This document shows, piece after piece, positions 42,233 through 57,173 of a DNA stretch of 64,000 nucleotides. A program made the position numbers and the translations under genes. The notes below the pieces were generated by a model. The model worked only from the letters and a program-made list of their open reading frames with translations, ran no database searches and was not told the origin of the DNA. The stretch spans positions 124,001 to 188,000 of the forward strand of contig CT868019.1 in NCBI GenBank assembly GCA_000165425.1. Reading direction: 5' to 3'. The stretch is from Paramecium tetraurelia (Eukaryota). Position 1 is the stretch's first letter, and each line of letters begins with the position of its first letter.

Positions 42233-43457
42233 TCACTTCTTAACAGCCATAAAAAATATACAATTATACTTTAAGTATTTTTAATCTAATTTTGAATGAT
42301 TATAAGTTGATTCTTGCACCTACTCAAATTATATCTCAAATCCTTTTTATTTTATATAATGTTTTAAATCTTCAAAGCTTAATTCAATGCTTGTTTCAGA
42401 GAACTAGTTAGCAAAATGATATTCTAAAGGCCCAAAGTTTATCCAACATCCTTTAGGCTTTAAAATTTCATAAATCGTATCTATATAATCTAATACATTA
42501 TTAGCTGTATCAATAAAAAAGCAAGTGATAACACTATCCCAAAAATTAAAATATTTGGCTTGATGATAGACAGTAATAAATTCTCCTGCAACAAATGACA
42601 TTTCATCATTCTCAGTTAAAACTTCCGCTGGGGCTACATCAGGCACTTTTACTAATTCAAATTAGTCATTTTCACTAGAATTTATTTTTACACTACCTTA
42701 ATCTATTGCAAAAATTGTTCGCGAAAGGGTATAATTAATACTATTCCTTTTTTTGAGTGAGATTTATGATGAAATGAGAACTCAATAACATAAAATACGA
42801 GAATTCATTCCCTTAAGCTGCGAAACCTCTACTTGCCAATTCAAATACTAGTCTTCCTAATCCAGCTCCAGGTAATAACACTTAATATTTAACATCTTTA
42901 GTTCTTGCATCTGGATAATACGATTATAATTGATCTATAATGAGCTTATATGATTAATCTCTTTCTGCTTAGCCTTGAATGCTCCAATCTTTTCTTATTA
43001 TTCATTTAATTGTACCTCGATAAAATTATTTTAAAGTTATCCTGAGTTTTGCAATATCTCCATGCTAAACATGATGAAAATATGGTAAGTCCGATACATA
43101 AGTAACTTGACTTAAATCCATTTCTGGAAACATATCCACGTAGGCTGCAACTATTAGGAAACAAAAGTGAGCATTTTTCTTAACGCAATAATCCAATTTT
43201 TTAATTCTTTCTTAATAATTCATTATTAGGTTGTTTCTTTGTTCTGGCTTTAATGACTCAAAATGAGTTTTTATTCTTTAAATCTCCACTTTCATATCAT
43301 TGGTATAATTATAAAAGCATGCAATGACATTTTTAAAATGTTAATATTCATGTATATCCTTTTATAGGATTTCATTATTTGAAGGATGATAGCTTGCATA
43401 TTCTTTATCAAAATATAAAGCATCCATTTCCTTTATTTCAATTTCAATTGAATCCAT
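42233..43457 (-). CDS. CARNMT1: Carnosine/histidine N-methyltransferase (N2227/CARNMT1 family)
   Basis: [71 protein letters not shown]. Confidence 0.92.
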
Positions 43458-43511
43458 AAAAATAATTTTTGTTAAATAATTAAAACAAAATATTTGGCAA
43501 TATAGAATAGA

Positions 43512-44884
43512 ATGAACTTTCTAGGTTTTTTTTCATCATCCACCAAACAATAATCAAAATTATAGAAGATAAAAGTATGTGTAAACTCTGAATTTAGATC
43601 TATAAAGATGAATAATGTTAAAATTATTTCTAAAACTTAAACATTGAAGATAATACTTAATGCTAAAAAATTTTAGATCAGATTGATATTTAAAATCAAC
43701 TTGGAGATGATGTTATAATTATAATATCTTTAGGTGAGGAAAGTGCTTCTTCTTTTTACTTGTCAGAAGGATAAAAAGTGCATTTCACAGAGAATTATAA
43801 ATAAATAGGAGTAAATAGCTAAAATTTTACAAAATGCACCATAAAACTTAGAACTTTACATAATTTATTAAGAAATCAAGCTTTAAAAATTGTAAGAAAC
43901 TCAATCTTATCATCAAAAAATTTGGAATCATATTAATATAAGTAGAAAATAACTAATATTTTTTTAGATTCTAAGGATCATTCATTTAGATAAGGGACTC
44001 TGTTGAAAAAAAGCAAAACAGGATAATTTCGAGAGAGACTCTTCAAATTATAAAAAGACACCTTAATTTATGAAAAGTATGAGAAACATGAAAAAAATAA
44101 AACAAAACAAAGTTGCATCTCCCTTGATTCAATGTAAATTGAAAAACAACCAGATAAAAATTTAACATTTTTAATAAAATGTGATTAAAAGATTTATTAA
44201 ATTAAAGCCTAAAGTCGAACTGATTTTGATGGATGGTAGGTAGAATTCATAACGAATATGTAGGTTATATTCTTTACATAATTAAATTATGAAATGGAAG
44301 GAAGTGAAACTACTATTAGATTACGATAAGAAGATTGAGTAATGTGCCTATTCCAAAGTGGAAAAATTGAAAAGCCTTTCTACCCAATTCAAATCTATAA
44401 AGTTTATTGCTTAGAGCAATTCTTACATTACAAAGTTTAAATCATGAAAATTTTAGATAATTTTTAAGCTATTTGGATGATAAGAGATCAAAAATAGAAA
44501 AGATGCTTTTCTAATTTTTGCAGTTGACTTACGAAAGTGAAACTTTACCATAAGGTTCGAAAAGCTTAAAATAAATGTTTGAGAAGAAAGACTTATTGCT
44601 TCAGGAAATTTAAGAAATGGTTAAAGATGATGAAAACTTTTCAAGATTAGAAAAAATGCAACAAAATCAAATTAAACAAGAAGTAACAACACATTTTGAT
44701 AAACAAATTGTTCCAGATTTTCTTTAGCAAAGTAATTATATATCTTAATTGACTAGTTAATCAGTCTTAAATAATATTAGATTTTTCTATTCATTAGTTT
44801 AAATAGTTCTATGAATTTCCATTGCTTGATTCATCTGGATTTTATTAAGATCCTACTGATATTCAGATTCCGAATTCAGAATGA
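43512..44884 (+). CDS. PH-domain protein with a possible N-terminal RA (ubiquitin-like) domain
   Basis: PH motifs FRQGTLLKKSKTGQFRERLFKLQKDTLIYEK..FLIKCDQKIYQIKAQSRTDFDGW; multi-intron; TGA 44882-84. Confidence 0.72.
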
Positions 44885-44904
44885 AAAATAAATGAATACT
44901 TATA

Positions 44905-45213
44905 ATGCAAAAATAAATTAATAAATTCTTTTTAAAATCATTAATGGGTATACCAGAATCAAAATCTACACTTGAAGCCAATTACACTGATTATAATAAA
45001 GTGAACCAAAAAAAGCAATAAAATTAACCCCCATCTGTTGAAGCTGATTGCTGTGATAATTAGAAAAATGATTATATCATTTTGATAGATTGTGGCCATT
45101 TATATCACTTACATTGCTGGCAATAAAAATAAAGAGAATAAAAATAATTTATATGTTTTTGCGAAAGCCAAATGAAAGCAAAACTTCCTTTTTAAGTCAA
45201 GCCTTGTTATTGA
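44905..45213 (+). CDS. Small RING-like zinc-finger protein
   Basis: DCCDNQKNDYIILIDCGHLYHLHCW..FICFC; 102 aa ORF. Confidence 0.55.
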
Positions 45214-45990
45214 TTACTATGAATACATATTCTAATATTTTTTAAGTTATCTTTGGGTTGCTTCTTCGATATTGGATTAAATAAATTAAACCAATAGTAA
45301 AATAAGAAAAGTAGGAGAATCCTTACTTCTGAAACTGCAATCTGGACCAAATAAAGAATATATAAATTAAGAAATTTTAAATTATGAAACAGGTCTATTT
45401 GGTTTAGAGTCAAGATCTACATTGAATAGCTAAAAATTATTGACATAGGATTGACTTTATACTGTGAAAAATTTTTTAGTTCTAGAATTGCTTTACAAAA
45501 GATTGCTTTTACGATGAAACAATAAAATTATTATAATATATAAATAATTCATAAAATAGTTCAAAAATTTTTTAATGAAAATTATCTTAAAATGTAGTCC
45601 TTCTTAGAAACAAGAGCTACTTACTAATAACTATTATTAAAGTGAATTCAAATGATATATATTAAAATAGTAAGATTTTATTTCCTGAAAATTAAACTTG
45701 AATTAATAATTTAGAGATTGACAGGGATTCTCATCTTTACCAATTTTAAATTAGTTGCCTTTTATTTAATAGACATATAAAAACTAAATGATCAATACTT
45801 ACTTGAATATTTTCATAATAAGACGCCTAAATATATGATAGAATTAGTAATAAATGAAATTTCAAAAATTATAATGTAGATTTTTCAATACCTTAAATTC
45901 TAATAATCATAAGGAGAAGATGAAGATTCATTCAAAAGAGAATTTCATAATAACCAACATAAAAATGACATAATTATTATAATGAAATTA
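45214..45990 (+). pseudogene. Possible decayed coding relic
   Basis: Protein-like stretches (SRIALQKIAFTMKQ..FLETRATY..; LNDQYLLEYFHNKTPKYMIELVINE) are interrupted by in-frame TGAs and frame changes. Confidence 0.3.
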
Positions 45991-45998
45991 AATATTTA

Positions 45999-46983
45999 TC
46001 ATTTACTTTCACAAACACTGATCCAATCTTTTCTAGGTTGATCTCTCTGAGCAAAAATCTCCATTAATTGTGACTTTGGAAGCAAAGTTTCAATTGTTTA
46101 ATAAATATACTCTTTTGATTTTTCAGATTTTTTTCCATTGCTAACAAAATCAAACAAGACATCAGGAGTTCTTTAATGTCTTAATTCTAATTAGGTCTTC
46201 TATTCATCAAATTTCCTAAACATTATCAACACTTATTTAGATTAATTTAAGACTTTAGAAGGACAATTTACTATCAAATCCTTTACTTAAACTTTTTGTT
46301 ATAAAAAATTAAGATTATCTAATACAGCCTCTTCAGTCTGTTCAATTTTCATATGTTTATTCAACTCCTCTAAAGCTTTCTCAAGGCTTAATTGTACTAC
46401 AACTAAATTTTCAATGTAGGTAAATCCTTTACTCTCCATAATTTCAAGAATTTCATTAATAAGTCCTTTATCAGACCAAATAAATAGAATTCCATTAGAA
46501 ATCAGCTTTTTGGAAAGATCTAAGTTTTTCTATTAATATTTTAAGAATATTTACTAAATCTTTTCTAAAAAGATTATCAATAAAAATTCCTTAAACACCT
46601 TTGACATATTGGGAAAGATCTGTTCCTAGAATCTTTTTAAGGACAATAATTCTTAATTTAAACAATTAATGGTTACCTTCTTTGATCTGTTTCATAAGAT
46701 TGGCACTTAATTGATTTTTTCCATTATAACAACACTTCCAAATTATCACACCGTTCTAATTAGCTAACATAATGTACATTTTTTCTTTTTTTGATTTAGT
46801 TTTGTATTTCCTAATTTTTTTGAATGCCTTGTATGAGTCTTAATCATCTACATATTCTGAATCATCTTCTGTAACATCATACCCTTAGTTTAGCTTAAAA
46901 TAATTAATTCTTTTATTCTCAGAACCAGGCTCACTATATCTCAACTTCATTTTTATTGGTTCCCGCTAATTTTTTTTTCCCAT
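45999..46983 (-). CDS. MTA9: MT-A70 family, catalytically inactive MTA9-like subunit of the ciliate DNA 6mA methyltransferase complex
   Basis: GVQGIFIDNLF in place of DPPW, ISNGILFIWSDK, KGFTYIENLVVV, SKQVLIMFRK, LELRHQRTPDV, YIYQTIETLLP, LMEIFA..RKDW. Confidence 0.8.
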
Positions 46984-47127
46984 GTTTTTTTTTTTTTATC
47001 AAATTAATCAAAAAAATTCACCCATTTTATTAAATTTAGAGGGAAAATAATTAATTTTATTACAGATATAATTAAAATATTGATGATGTTATAATGACTT
47101 TTAAATTGTATTAAGTATTAACGAAAA

Positions 47128-49130
<2,003 letters not shown>

Positions 49131-49460
49131 GAATCCTTATAATATATTCAAAACCTATCTTACAATTCAACCCACAATCATAAATTTTAATAATAACACA
49201 TCATTTGTTTTGGTTTAAATAATTATCTCATTTAAATTTAAATATTTGATTACTTTGATTTGAAAAGAATACATTCAATGAATCCATTTAATCTTACACT
49301 CTTAAATTATCCAAATATTATAGATTTCAAATGTATCTACTCAGATTCACCCTTAGAAACCATTCTATTTGAGTTTTCCAGAATTAAAATTTCATTTATA
49401 ATTTGAAAAATAGAAGCATTCCTTAAAAATATAAAATAATCATGATTATTAAAATTTTCT

Positions 49461-51020
49461 ATGTATTCTAATTAAGACCCCGAAGAATAATTTGAGCTGA
49501 ATGAATTGATTGGAGAAGGCGCTTATGCTAAAGTTTATAAGGGGAAACATAAGAATGGCTAAATCGTAGCTATAAAAATAGTTCCTTCAACTGGTGAGAT
49601 ACAATCATTAATCAAGGAGATCCAGATCTTAAAAGTATTATTACTTATGAAAGTAGGAATGTTAACATGCCCATATAGTACAATTATTATGGTTCCTTTT
49701 ATAAGGATGGAGATTTATGGCTTGTAATGGAATATTGTGTGGGAGGGTCAATTATTGATCTATTGAAAATCACCTAGAAAACCTTAACGGAGTCAGAAAT
49801 TGCTGCTATTTTGTATCACGTTCTACTTGGAATCGAATATTTGCATGCGAATAAAAAAATCCATAGAGATATCAAAGCTGGAAATATTTTATTGGATGAG
49901 AAGGGAACAATTAAAATCGCAGATTTCGGAGTAGCTGCACAACTCATATACACGAATGCAGACAAAGTATTTTTACTCTAATACAAAGGGTACAGTAATT
50001 GGCACTCCTGTTTACATGTCTCCTGAAGTTATATCTAAGAATCGATATAACCATCTAACGGATATTTGGTCTTTGGGAGTGACTGCTATTGAACTTGCAG
50101 AAGGAAAGCCCCCATATTCTCACATTCATCCTGTAAGAGCGATGTTTGCAATTAAAAACAACCCACCATAGGGTTTAACCAATCCTGAAAAGTGGTCTAA
50201 GGAATTTAACGATTTTGTTAAATCTTGCTTAAAAGTACAAGTCTCAGAAAGACCCAGTGCTTAACAATTACTTTAGTCTCCATTTATCAAATAAGGCAAG
50301 CAAGACTAAAAGAAATTAGTAAATCTCATTGAAAACTTTCTCAACCAAATTGATGAGTATAGGTAATCAAAAACCTAAGGAAATTTAGAAAAAGTTTAAA
50401 CCTTAATCTCTAAACAAGAGGCTAGCGAAGACGAAGAATAGTCATGTGGAACTGTTGTGGAATGCGGAACACTTGTGATTAAAGAAGAGGAAGCCTAGAG
50501 TAAAAGCAAAAGCGAAAAAGAATTAGATTTTGTAGCCTATGCTAAAAAGGAGAAAATTATAAATGAAATAATAGATGAATAATTAAGTGATGAATAATAA
50601 ATGGAAAATATGAATTAAGATGAAAGAAAGAAGTTTTTGGCCTTTTTGTAATCACAAATGGAAGAGGAAATTTCAAAAGTAAAATAAAAGTATATGCCTA
50701 AAATTGAGATGTTAACTCAAAAAATTAAACAAAACGAATCCCCAGAATTGCCAAAGCTATAGGAATATATTCCTAAGGTCAAACCATAGGAATATAGTAA
50801 GCCCTAGGAATAAATTACTTAGAGTAAACCTCAGCAATTGATCTAAACTCAATAATCTCAATTAATCTAATAATAATAATAACCATAAAAAATTGAAGTT
50901 TCAGTTCCATTCCAGGTCAATCCAGAAGTTTTATAAAAATTATCAAATATGAAAATCCCTCAAATCAAAATTTAGAATGTAAGTTCTCCAACAGCTTAGT
51001 TAAGATCTAATCCTAAATGA
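49461..51020 (+). CDS. STE20/GCK-II (MST1/2, Hippo-like) kinase with a SARAH-like helix
   Basis: [73 protein letters not shown]-terminal [16 protein letters not shown]. Confidence 0.92.
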
Positions 51021-51287
51021 AAAGTAAATCCTGAGTATTTAGTAAAATAAAATATAAATTCTAATTATTGATTAGAATTTAATTTAAACTATTATTTATT
51101 CTATTATCTATCTTAATAATTTTAATAGAATAATAAATTAATCTTTCTGACTTTAATTCTAAACATAATAATATAATTTTACTAATTTGAATCTTAATTT
51201 ATTTTATCAATCTAAAATTTAATAAACTAAGATATAACATATAAGTTATTAGAATGATTATTTGATACTAAAATAAATAAAATTATT

Positions 51288-52212
51288 ATGGATTAAGAAA
51301 TTGTGGATTAACTAACCCTCGATTCTATTCCATACTACGAAGAGTAACTGTATGGGGCATTATAAGTCATAATTGATTTATAGTAAAAGGTTGAATAACA
51401 GGAAATGATTTTGGATGATGTACAAATTAAATGTTATTAGAAAAGGATAATTCCAATGAAAACTAGGCTGAGGATGTAGAAGCCGATCTTCAAGAAATAA
51501 TTTCAACCATATAATTTTAGTAACTAAAGGAATTGTAAGATATTGATGAGATAAGTTAAAAATAGCAAGAGGATTTCGATTAATTGTTTAAAGTATGAAG
51601 CTTAATTCAATTTAGTAATTACATGAGTTGGAATAAATGACTAATCAATACTAATAAGAAAATAACTAAGATGAACAACACATAAAAATTACACAGCAAA
51701 TGATTTTTGAAAGATAACAATAACTAAAAGAATTAAGTCAATAGTTTATGATGTAAGACATTCACAATCAAGAAAATCAAAGAGTCATATAAAATTTACA
51801 ATAAAAACTGTAATTGGACACTATCATTATGCCCTAACATGGTTCTAATGAATAGACTATAGAGGTTAATTAAATTGTAAAACATCAACGTTAAGAATCA
51901 GAGGAAGATGTTGATTATATCTAATATCTTTAACTGACTGACTATAAGTAAAAACTAGAAGAAGAATTAGAACAAATCGCTAATTAACCTAAAGTTTTGA
52001 AGGAGATGATCGAGGTCTCCACATAAACTCATGAATAAGAGTTTGCAATTAGAAAAAACAAATACGATGACTTTGCTTACTCTATCAGTTGTGTTTAGCC
52101 TACTTATTCGTTGGAAAATACTCCAAAAACAAGCCAAATACTATTGCATTCTCTTTTAAAAGAGGAGAAACAAAAAAACAGAGGATGCTGTTCAGATTGC
52201 AGAATTTACTGA
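51288..52212 (+). CDS. Coiled-coil protein with a C-terminal Cys cluster (possible lipidation)
   Basis: Q/E-rich frame with tiny introns; ends KQKNRGCCSDCRIY*. Confidence 0.65.
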
Positions 52213-52232
52213 AAATAAAATAATTTGATAGA

Positions 52233-55200
52233 TCATTTCTTTTATTGCATTTTACCAGTTTATGGTTTAGATTTATTTTCTAAAACATTGAGTGTTCCTA
52301 TTGTTGGATTCACATTGAACATTTTGTTGTAGTTATTATCTCTATTAATTAATTCTAATTTAAAGTATTTCATCTATTCATTGACCTTTTTGATCTCTTC
52401 ATCTTTCAAATTGACTTAGGATTATAACTATTTAATCAATTCTAAATCTTCAGGTCGACTGGGTCTTTCTTCATAGAGACGAGTAATTTCTTTATAACTA
52501 TCATAATAATAATAAGTACTCTTCTTCAAGCATTTATAACTTTTACATTAGTAATTGTTGTGCCTATTCAAACTCATTTTTTAAATTATCAGCAAAATCT
52601 TTTTGTTTGATTAAGCTATCCTTTAATTGTTAGTTAAGAGATTATCGCAATTATTATTCTAGTTATTTAGCTTCTTCTTTCATCTATTATACCCATACAT
52701 CCTTTTCTTTAATTTGCTTTGAAAATTCTACTTCAGCCTATTGATATTTGATATTTAAATCTTTAATTTATTACTACAATATCTTAATTTACTGTTCATA
52801 TTTATCTGAAGTATTCTTGTTTAACTCTAAAGAGTTTTCTAATTACCTCCTTAGATCGGAGATAATATCTTTAGTTGCTTTATGATCGGATTACTCTTAT
52901 TCGAGTTTATTTTACAACTATTTTAATTTATTTTCAAACTCTGAAATTTTATCATTTAACTATCTCTCATATCTTTATTAAACATCTTATAATTAATTTT
53001 CATAGTTTTTGATTAGTGATTATTTTTAATTTTCAAATTCTCTGGCTTACTAATTTAACTTATTCTGAGTTTCTACATTCAAATCATCTTTTATTTATTA
53101 GATTTCTTTTTCATAATATACTTTCATTTATTCTTTCATTTATGTATTCTTTTTGTCTAACAACTAGAGAAATAACCTAAATTTCATACTTCTATTTCAT
53201 AATTATGTTTTAAGTTAATTTCCTTAAGCATTTACTCAAATTCTTCCTCTTTTAACTTTAATCTCCTTGCCCAATCCCCTTATCCAGTTTCCATATCCTT
53301 TTTGAGAGAGGTGATTTATTATAAAAGCTTTGCAATTTCCTCTTCTTTTAACTACAATTTTCTTTCAAAATCAACTTTTATTTACTTTTTTTCAGCTTCA
53401 TATTATTATCTCAAACTAATTAAAATAAATTAGATTCATACCTATCTATCTATTATTCATAGGATAGCTTTTATTGATTTAATTATTCATCTTTCTCCCT
53501 CAATAGATCAATCCTTTATTACTTGATTTATTATTCTAATTCTTAAATTCTGGTTTATAATTATCCTTAGTTGCTAGATCCTTCTGATTGTATTTGTTTA
53601 ATTTTATCCTCTAATTCAGCAATTCTTTACAATAATTGTTTAATTTCCTATTCTTTGCTTGTTATTTAATTGAGATTATAAATAATAGTTTATTCTAACT
53701 CTTTGATCTTATTTTACAAATTTTAGATTTCACTTTCCAATCCTGATATTTTAAGATTGGCTTAATTAATTTAGTTTTTCAAATCATTAATTGCCTAACC
53801 AGCAGATTTTTCAACATTTGCCCTTTCATCATTTAATTATTACTCTAATTGCTTCAATCTTTTATTAAAATCATTTTTAATTGATTCAATCTCTTAAGCA
53901 TGATTGTTTTCTAAATTTTTAATCTTATTTTCTAATTCTTCTCTTAATTCTTTCAATTTTAATTCGTATTCGGTAGTAATCTTTTGTATTTTCTCCTCAT
54001 ATCGTTTAATTAATTCTCTTTTCTCTGCTTCAATTTGTTCAATTTTATTCAATAAATTCTTTTCTAATTCTCCCATTTAATTTTTTGCTTAATTTTACAA
54101 TTTTTCAATTTCATCTTCCAATCTTCTGACATTCTTCTTTAACTCTTCAATCTCTTTTAATTTATCACTATTGCTCCGATCACTTGCATCTCTAACAGCA
54201 TTTAGCTCCATTTAAAGCATATCTGCCTTCTTCTGTAACTCATTCAATTTAATATGAAGTTCTCTAATTTCAAAATCTTTAGATTTAAGTTATTATTCAA
54301 GATCACTTAACTACTTAGTTAATTGAGTTTCCCTCATGGATCCATCCTATTAATAAGCATGTAATTATGATTTAAGATTTTCAATTTAAGAATTAAGTTA
54401 CTTAATCTTGTCTTCCAAATCGCTATTTGTCTATTTCAATTTACTATTTTCATTTTTCTAAGACAATACTTCAGTTTGAGATTGTTGATATTTTTATCCA
54501 ATGTCCTTTAAATCAAGAGTAAGTTTAGCAATCTAATCTTTAAGCTGATTAACTTCATCGGAGAGATTATGGTTATGCTTAGTAAGATCATCTTTTTAAT
54601 TTTTAAGATTGGTAACTTCTTATTTTAGTGAATTTATTTCATTTTATAATGATTGCAATTTTTAATCGAAATTTTACTTCATCAAATCTTATAATCTATC
54701 CTAAGCCTCTTTAGACTTTCTCTTCTCTTCTTCTATTTTTTTCAATAAATCATCAATTTCTAATTATTGTTTCTGAAGTCTCCTATCTTTCTCTGCTATT
54801 TAATCGTCTTATTCAAGTTTTTTCCTCATAAGAGTATCATACTTTTCTTTCCATTCCTTAATAGTGTCTTCCAACTATTTCTATGATCCTCTCCTTAACT
54901 CTTCTTATTTCATGATCACTTTGTCAACTTACTTTGAAAGATCATCAAATTTTTATTTTTAAAATTCTGTTTCCTTCTAAATATCTTTTATCTTCTTTTC
55001 ATACTGAGTTACAAGACCTTATTCTTTCTCTTCCATCCTTTTCCTATATTAAGAATATTCAATTTATGCAGTCTATTTCTCTACTTGAACTTTTTCTTGA
55101 AGTTGTTTTAGTTCTTATTAAATATCATCATTTTTGCTCTACTTATCTAATGCCTGCTTGTAAGTAAGTACGATCTGATTGGCACTTATAAATAAATTGA

Positions 55201-55364
55201 ATTTGATACTCTTTTACAATCTAATCCATTTCTTATTCATATGCTTAAACAACTGCTTTGAGATTACTTTCATATTCATCATTTTTGGTGTTCAAGAAGA
55301 AAATAACTTTAGTGAGTTGAGCAATCTTTTTGCAAAGTCGATGGTGAAGTTCGCCTAAGTCCAT
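52233..55364 (-). CDS. FAM184: FAM184-like long coiled-coil protein
   Basis: N-terminus LCKKIAQLTKVIFFLNTKNDEYE and C-terminus RPSRPEDLELI..YFKLELINRE.NYNKMFNVNPTIG resemble both FAM184A termini. Confidence 0.85.
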
Positions 55365-55931
55365 CAGTTAATAAATCAAATTATTAAATTGGATATAATA
55401 ATAATCATAACTGCAGTAATTTGAACGCAATACAACTGTCCAAATAATCATTACCATATGTTCCTGGCTTTGTTTGTTACTTATAAGTACTCTTAGCATA
55501 CACTGTTGAATATTAAGATGGCATTGTTTCTGTAATTAAATTTGTCAGTTTATTAGAAACAGAAGTAGTTGTTACTATTTTTGGAATGCAGAAGCATCAT
55601 GAATATCAAAATCTATTATCAAATGCTTTCTTCATTCCAATGACTTGTATTTATATTATAATTCTTAAGATAACTACTAATAATTAATATTATAAACATT
55701 AAAATGTCCTTATAAACTAATTATATTATTTACTTTTAAATTATTGAACAACTATGAATAATTTAATGAAATTTATTTTCTTTGAAAAGTAAGTAAACTC
55801 ATTTTATCATCAATGAAGATTTGATCAAAAATGATTAAAAACTAAACCATATCAAATGAATAACCTAGATAGATCTTAAACTAACATTAAATAATGAATG
55901 ACACTCTTTATATTGTTTAATTGATAATTCA

Positions 55932-56333
55932 TCATTATTTAACCGAAGTTGAGTTCTTCTAAACAATGTATTTGTAGAATACAGCAATTGCTTCACCCAC
56001 ACCCTTAATTCTTTCAGCTTCTTCATTTTAAATGTCTATAAATTCATTTCTTGAAATTATTACCAAACCCGAAATTTTCTTCCAAAGCTACAACCATTTC
56101 AACTGCATCCAAAGAGTCAAACCCTAATTCTTCAAATGTGGCCTACGTATGAAAACTCGATTTACTTTATCAGATAATTTATCAACTTTGCATTTTGCAG
56201 CAGATTTCATGACTTGAAGCACTTTTGCAGTAACCTCTTCCAATAACTCCTTGTTTTAGGTTGTTGAACAGAATCTGAATGTTCTATATTGGAATCCCAT
56301 TGGGTTTATGAGACGAAGAGCTCTGACAAACAT
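55932..56333 (-). CDS. NDUFAB1: Mitochondrial acyl carrier protein
   Basis: Presequence MFVRALRL..; FEELGFDSLDAVEMVVALEENFGF|DIQNEEAERI contains the phosphopantetheine DSL motif. Confidence 0.93.
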
Positions 56334-56547
56334 TATTAAGAATAATTAGATTTTATTTATGAATTTTGTGGTTGTTATAAACATATTTTTTATATTTTCA
56401 ATGTTAATTATTACTTCAATAAGGAATAAGGTTGAATAATGAAATTACCTTTTCCGATTCATAAGAACAGTACTTATACAATAGTATAATACAATAAGAA
56501 CAATATTTATTTGGACAAAAATATTTATTATTATAATCACACAACTA

Positions 56548-57091
56548 TGATTCTAGCTTTATATTATGAAAACAAATAAAAATTATATTTATCTCTATCT
56601 TATCAGTATAATAAGTAAATTATATGAATATGAATTTATCACCACTACAAATGGTGGATATTCAATTCGAAAATGAATTTTTGAGAATTTATTTCTTAGG
56701 TTTAACAATAATAAATTTCAACCACTTTTAATTTTCGAAAGTTAACTTGATTTGAAATAAAAATAATATAAATATCAGAAAATGAAGGGGTTCTGTAATT
56801 TTTAGAAAATTCTTCTTCATTTCAATAGATTGAATTAGTAATCAATGAAAGTGCAGCTAAGAATGTAAGAATTATCAATATTTTCAGAGCTAATTAATAA
56901 GTCAATAAGCAATTCAGATTTAGTTCATTAATCACGTCATCGCAATACTTTACATTTAATAGAAACAAACTAATTGGGGCAATCGAATTATTGGAAAGTA
57001 ATTAGTATAAAATATTTGCCTTAGTTAATAAGATTTTAATGTAATTGGAAGTGGAGAATTGGAGTCGGAAAGGAAATCAAGTTTGATATGA
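56548..57091 (+). pseudogene. Possible gene relic or unresolved small gene
   Basis: The 3' part is open with a canonical 23-nt intron (NEGVLQFLE..AAKN|SQLISQQ..ERKSSLI*), but no clean in-frame start; upstream TGAs. Confidence 0.3.
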
Positions 57092-57173
57092 TATATTCTG
57101 ATATTTAATATAGATTTGAGTCTTATGTTAATCAGCATGATAAAATTGTTGATATTTAGTTAGAATTATTTTT

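Noticed and set aside
24173..46983. Three methyltransferase-family genes (NTMT1, CARNMT1, MTA9) as a functional cluster
   Set aside because: They are spread over 22 kb among unrelated genes, and ciliates lack operons.
55400..55640. Short minus-strand ORFs upstream of FAM184
   Set aside because: Several competing short frames with no motif; cannot support a gene.
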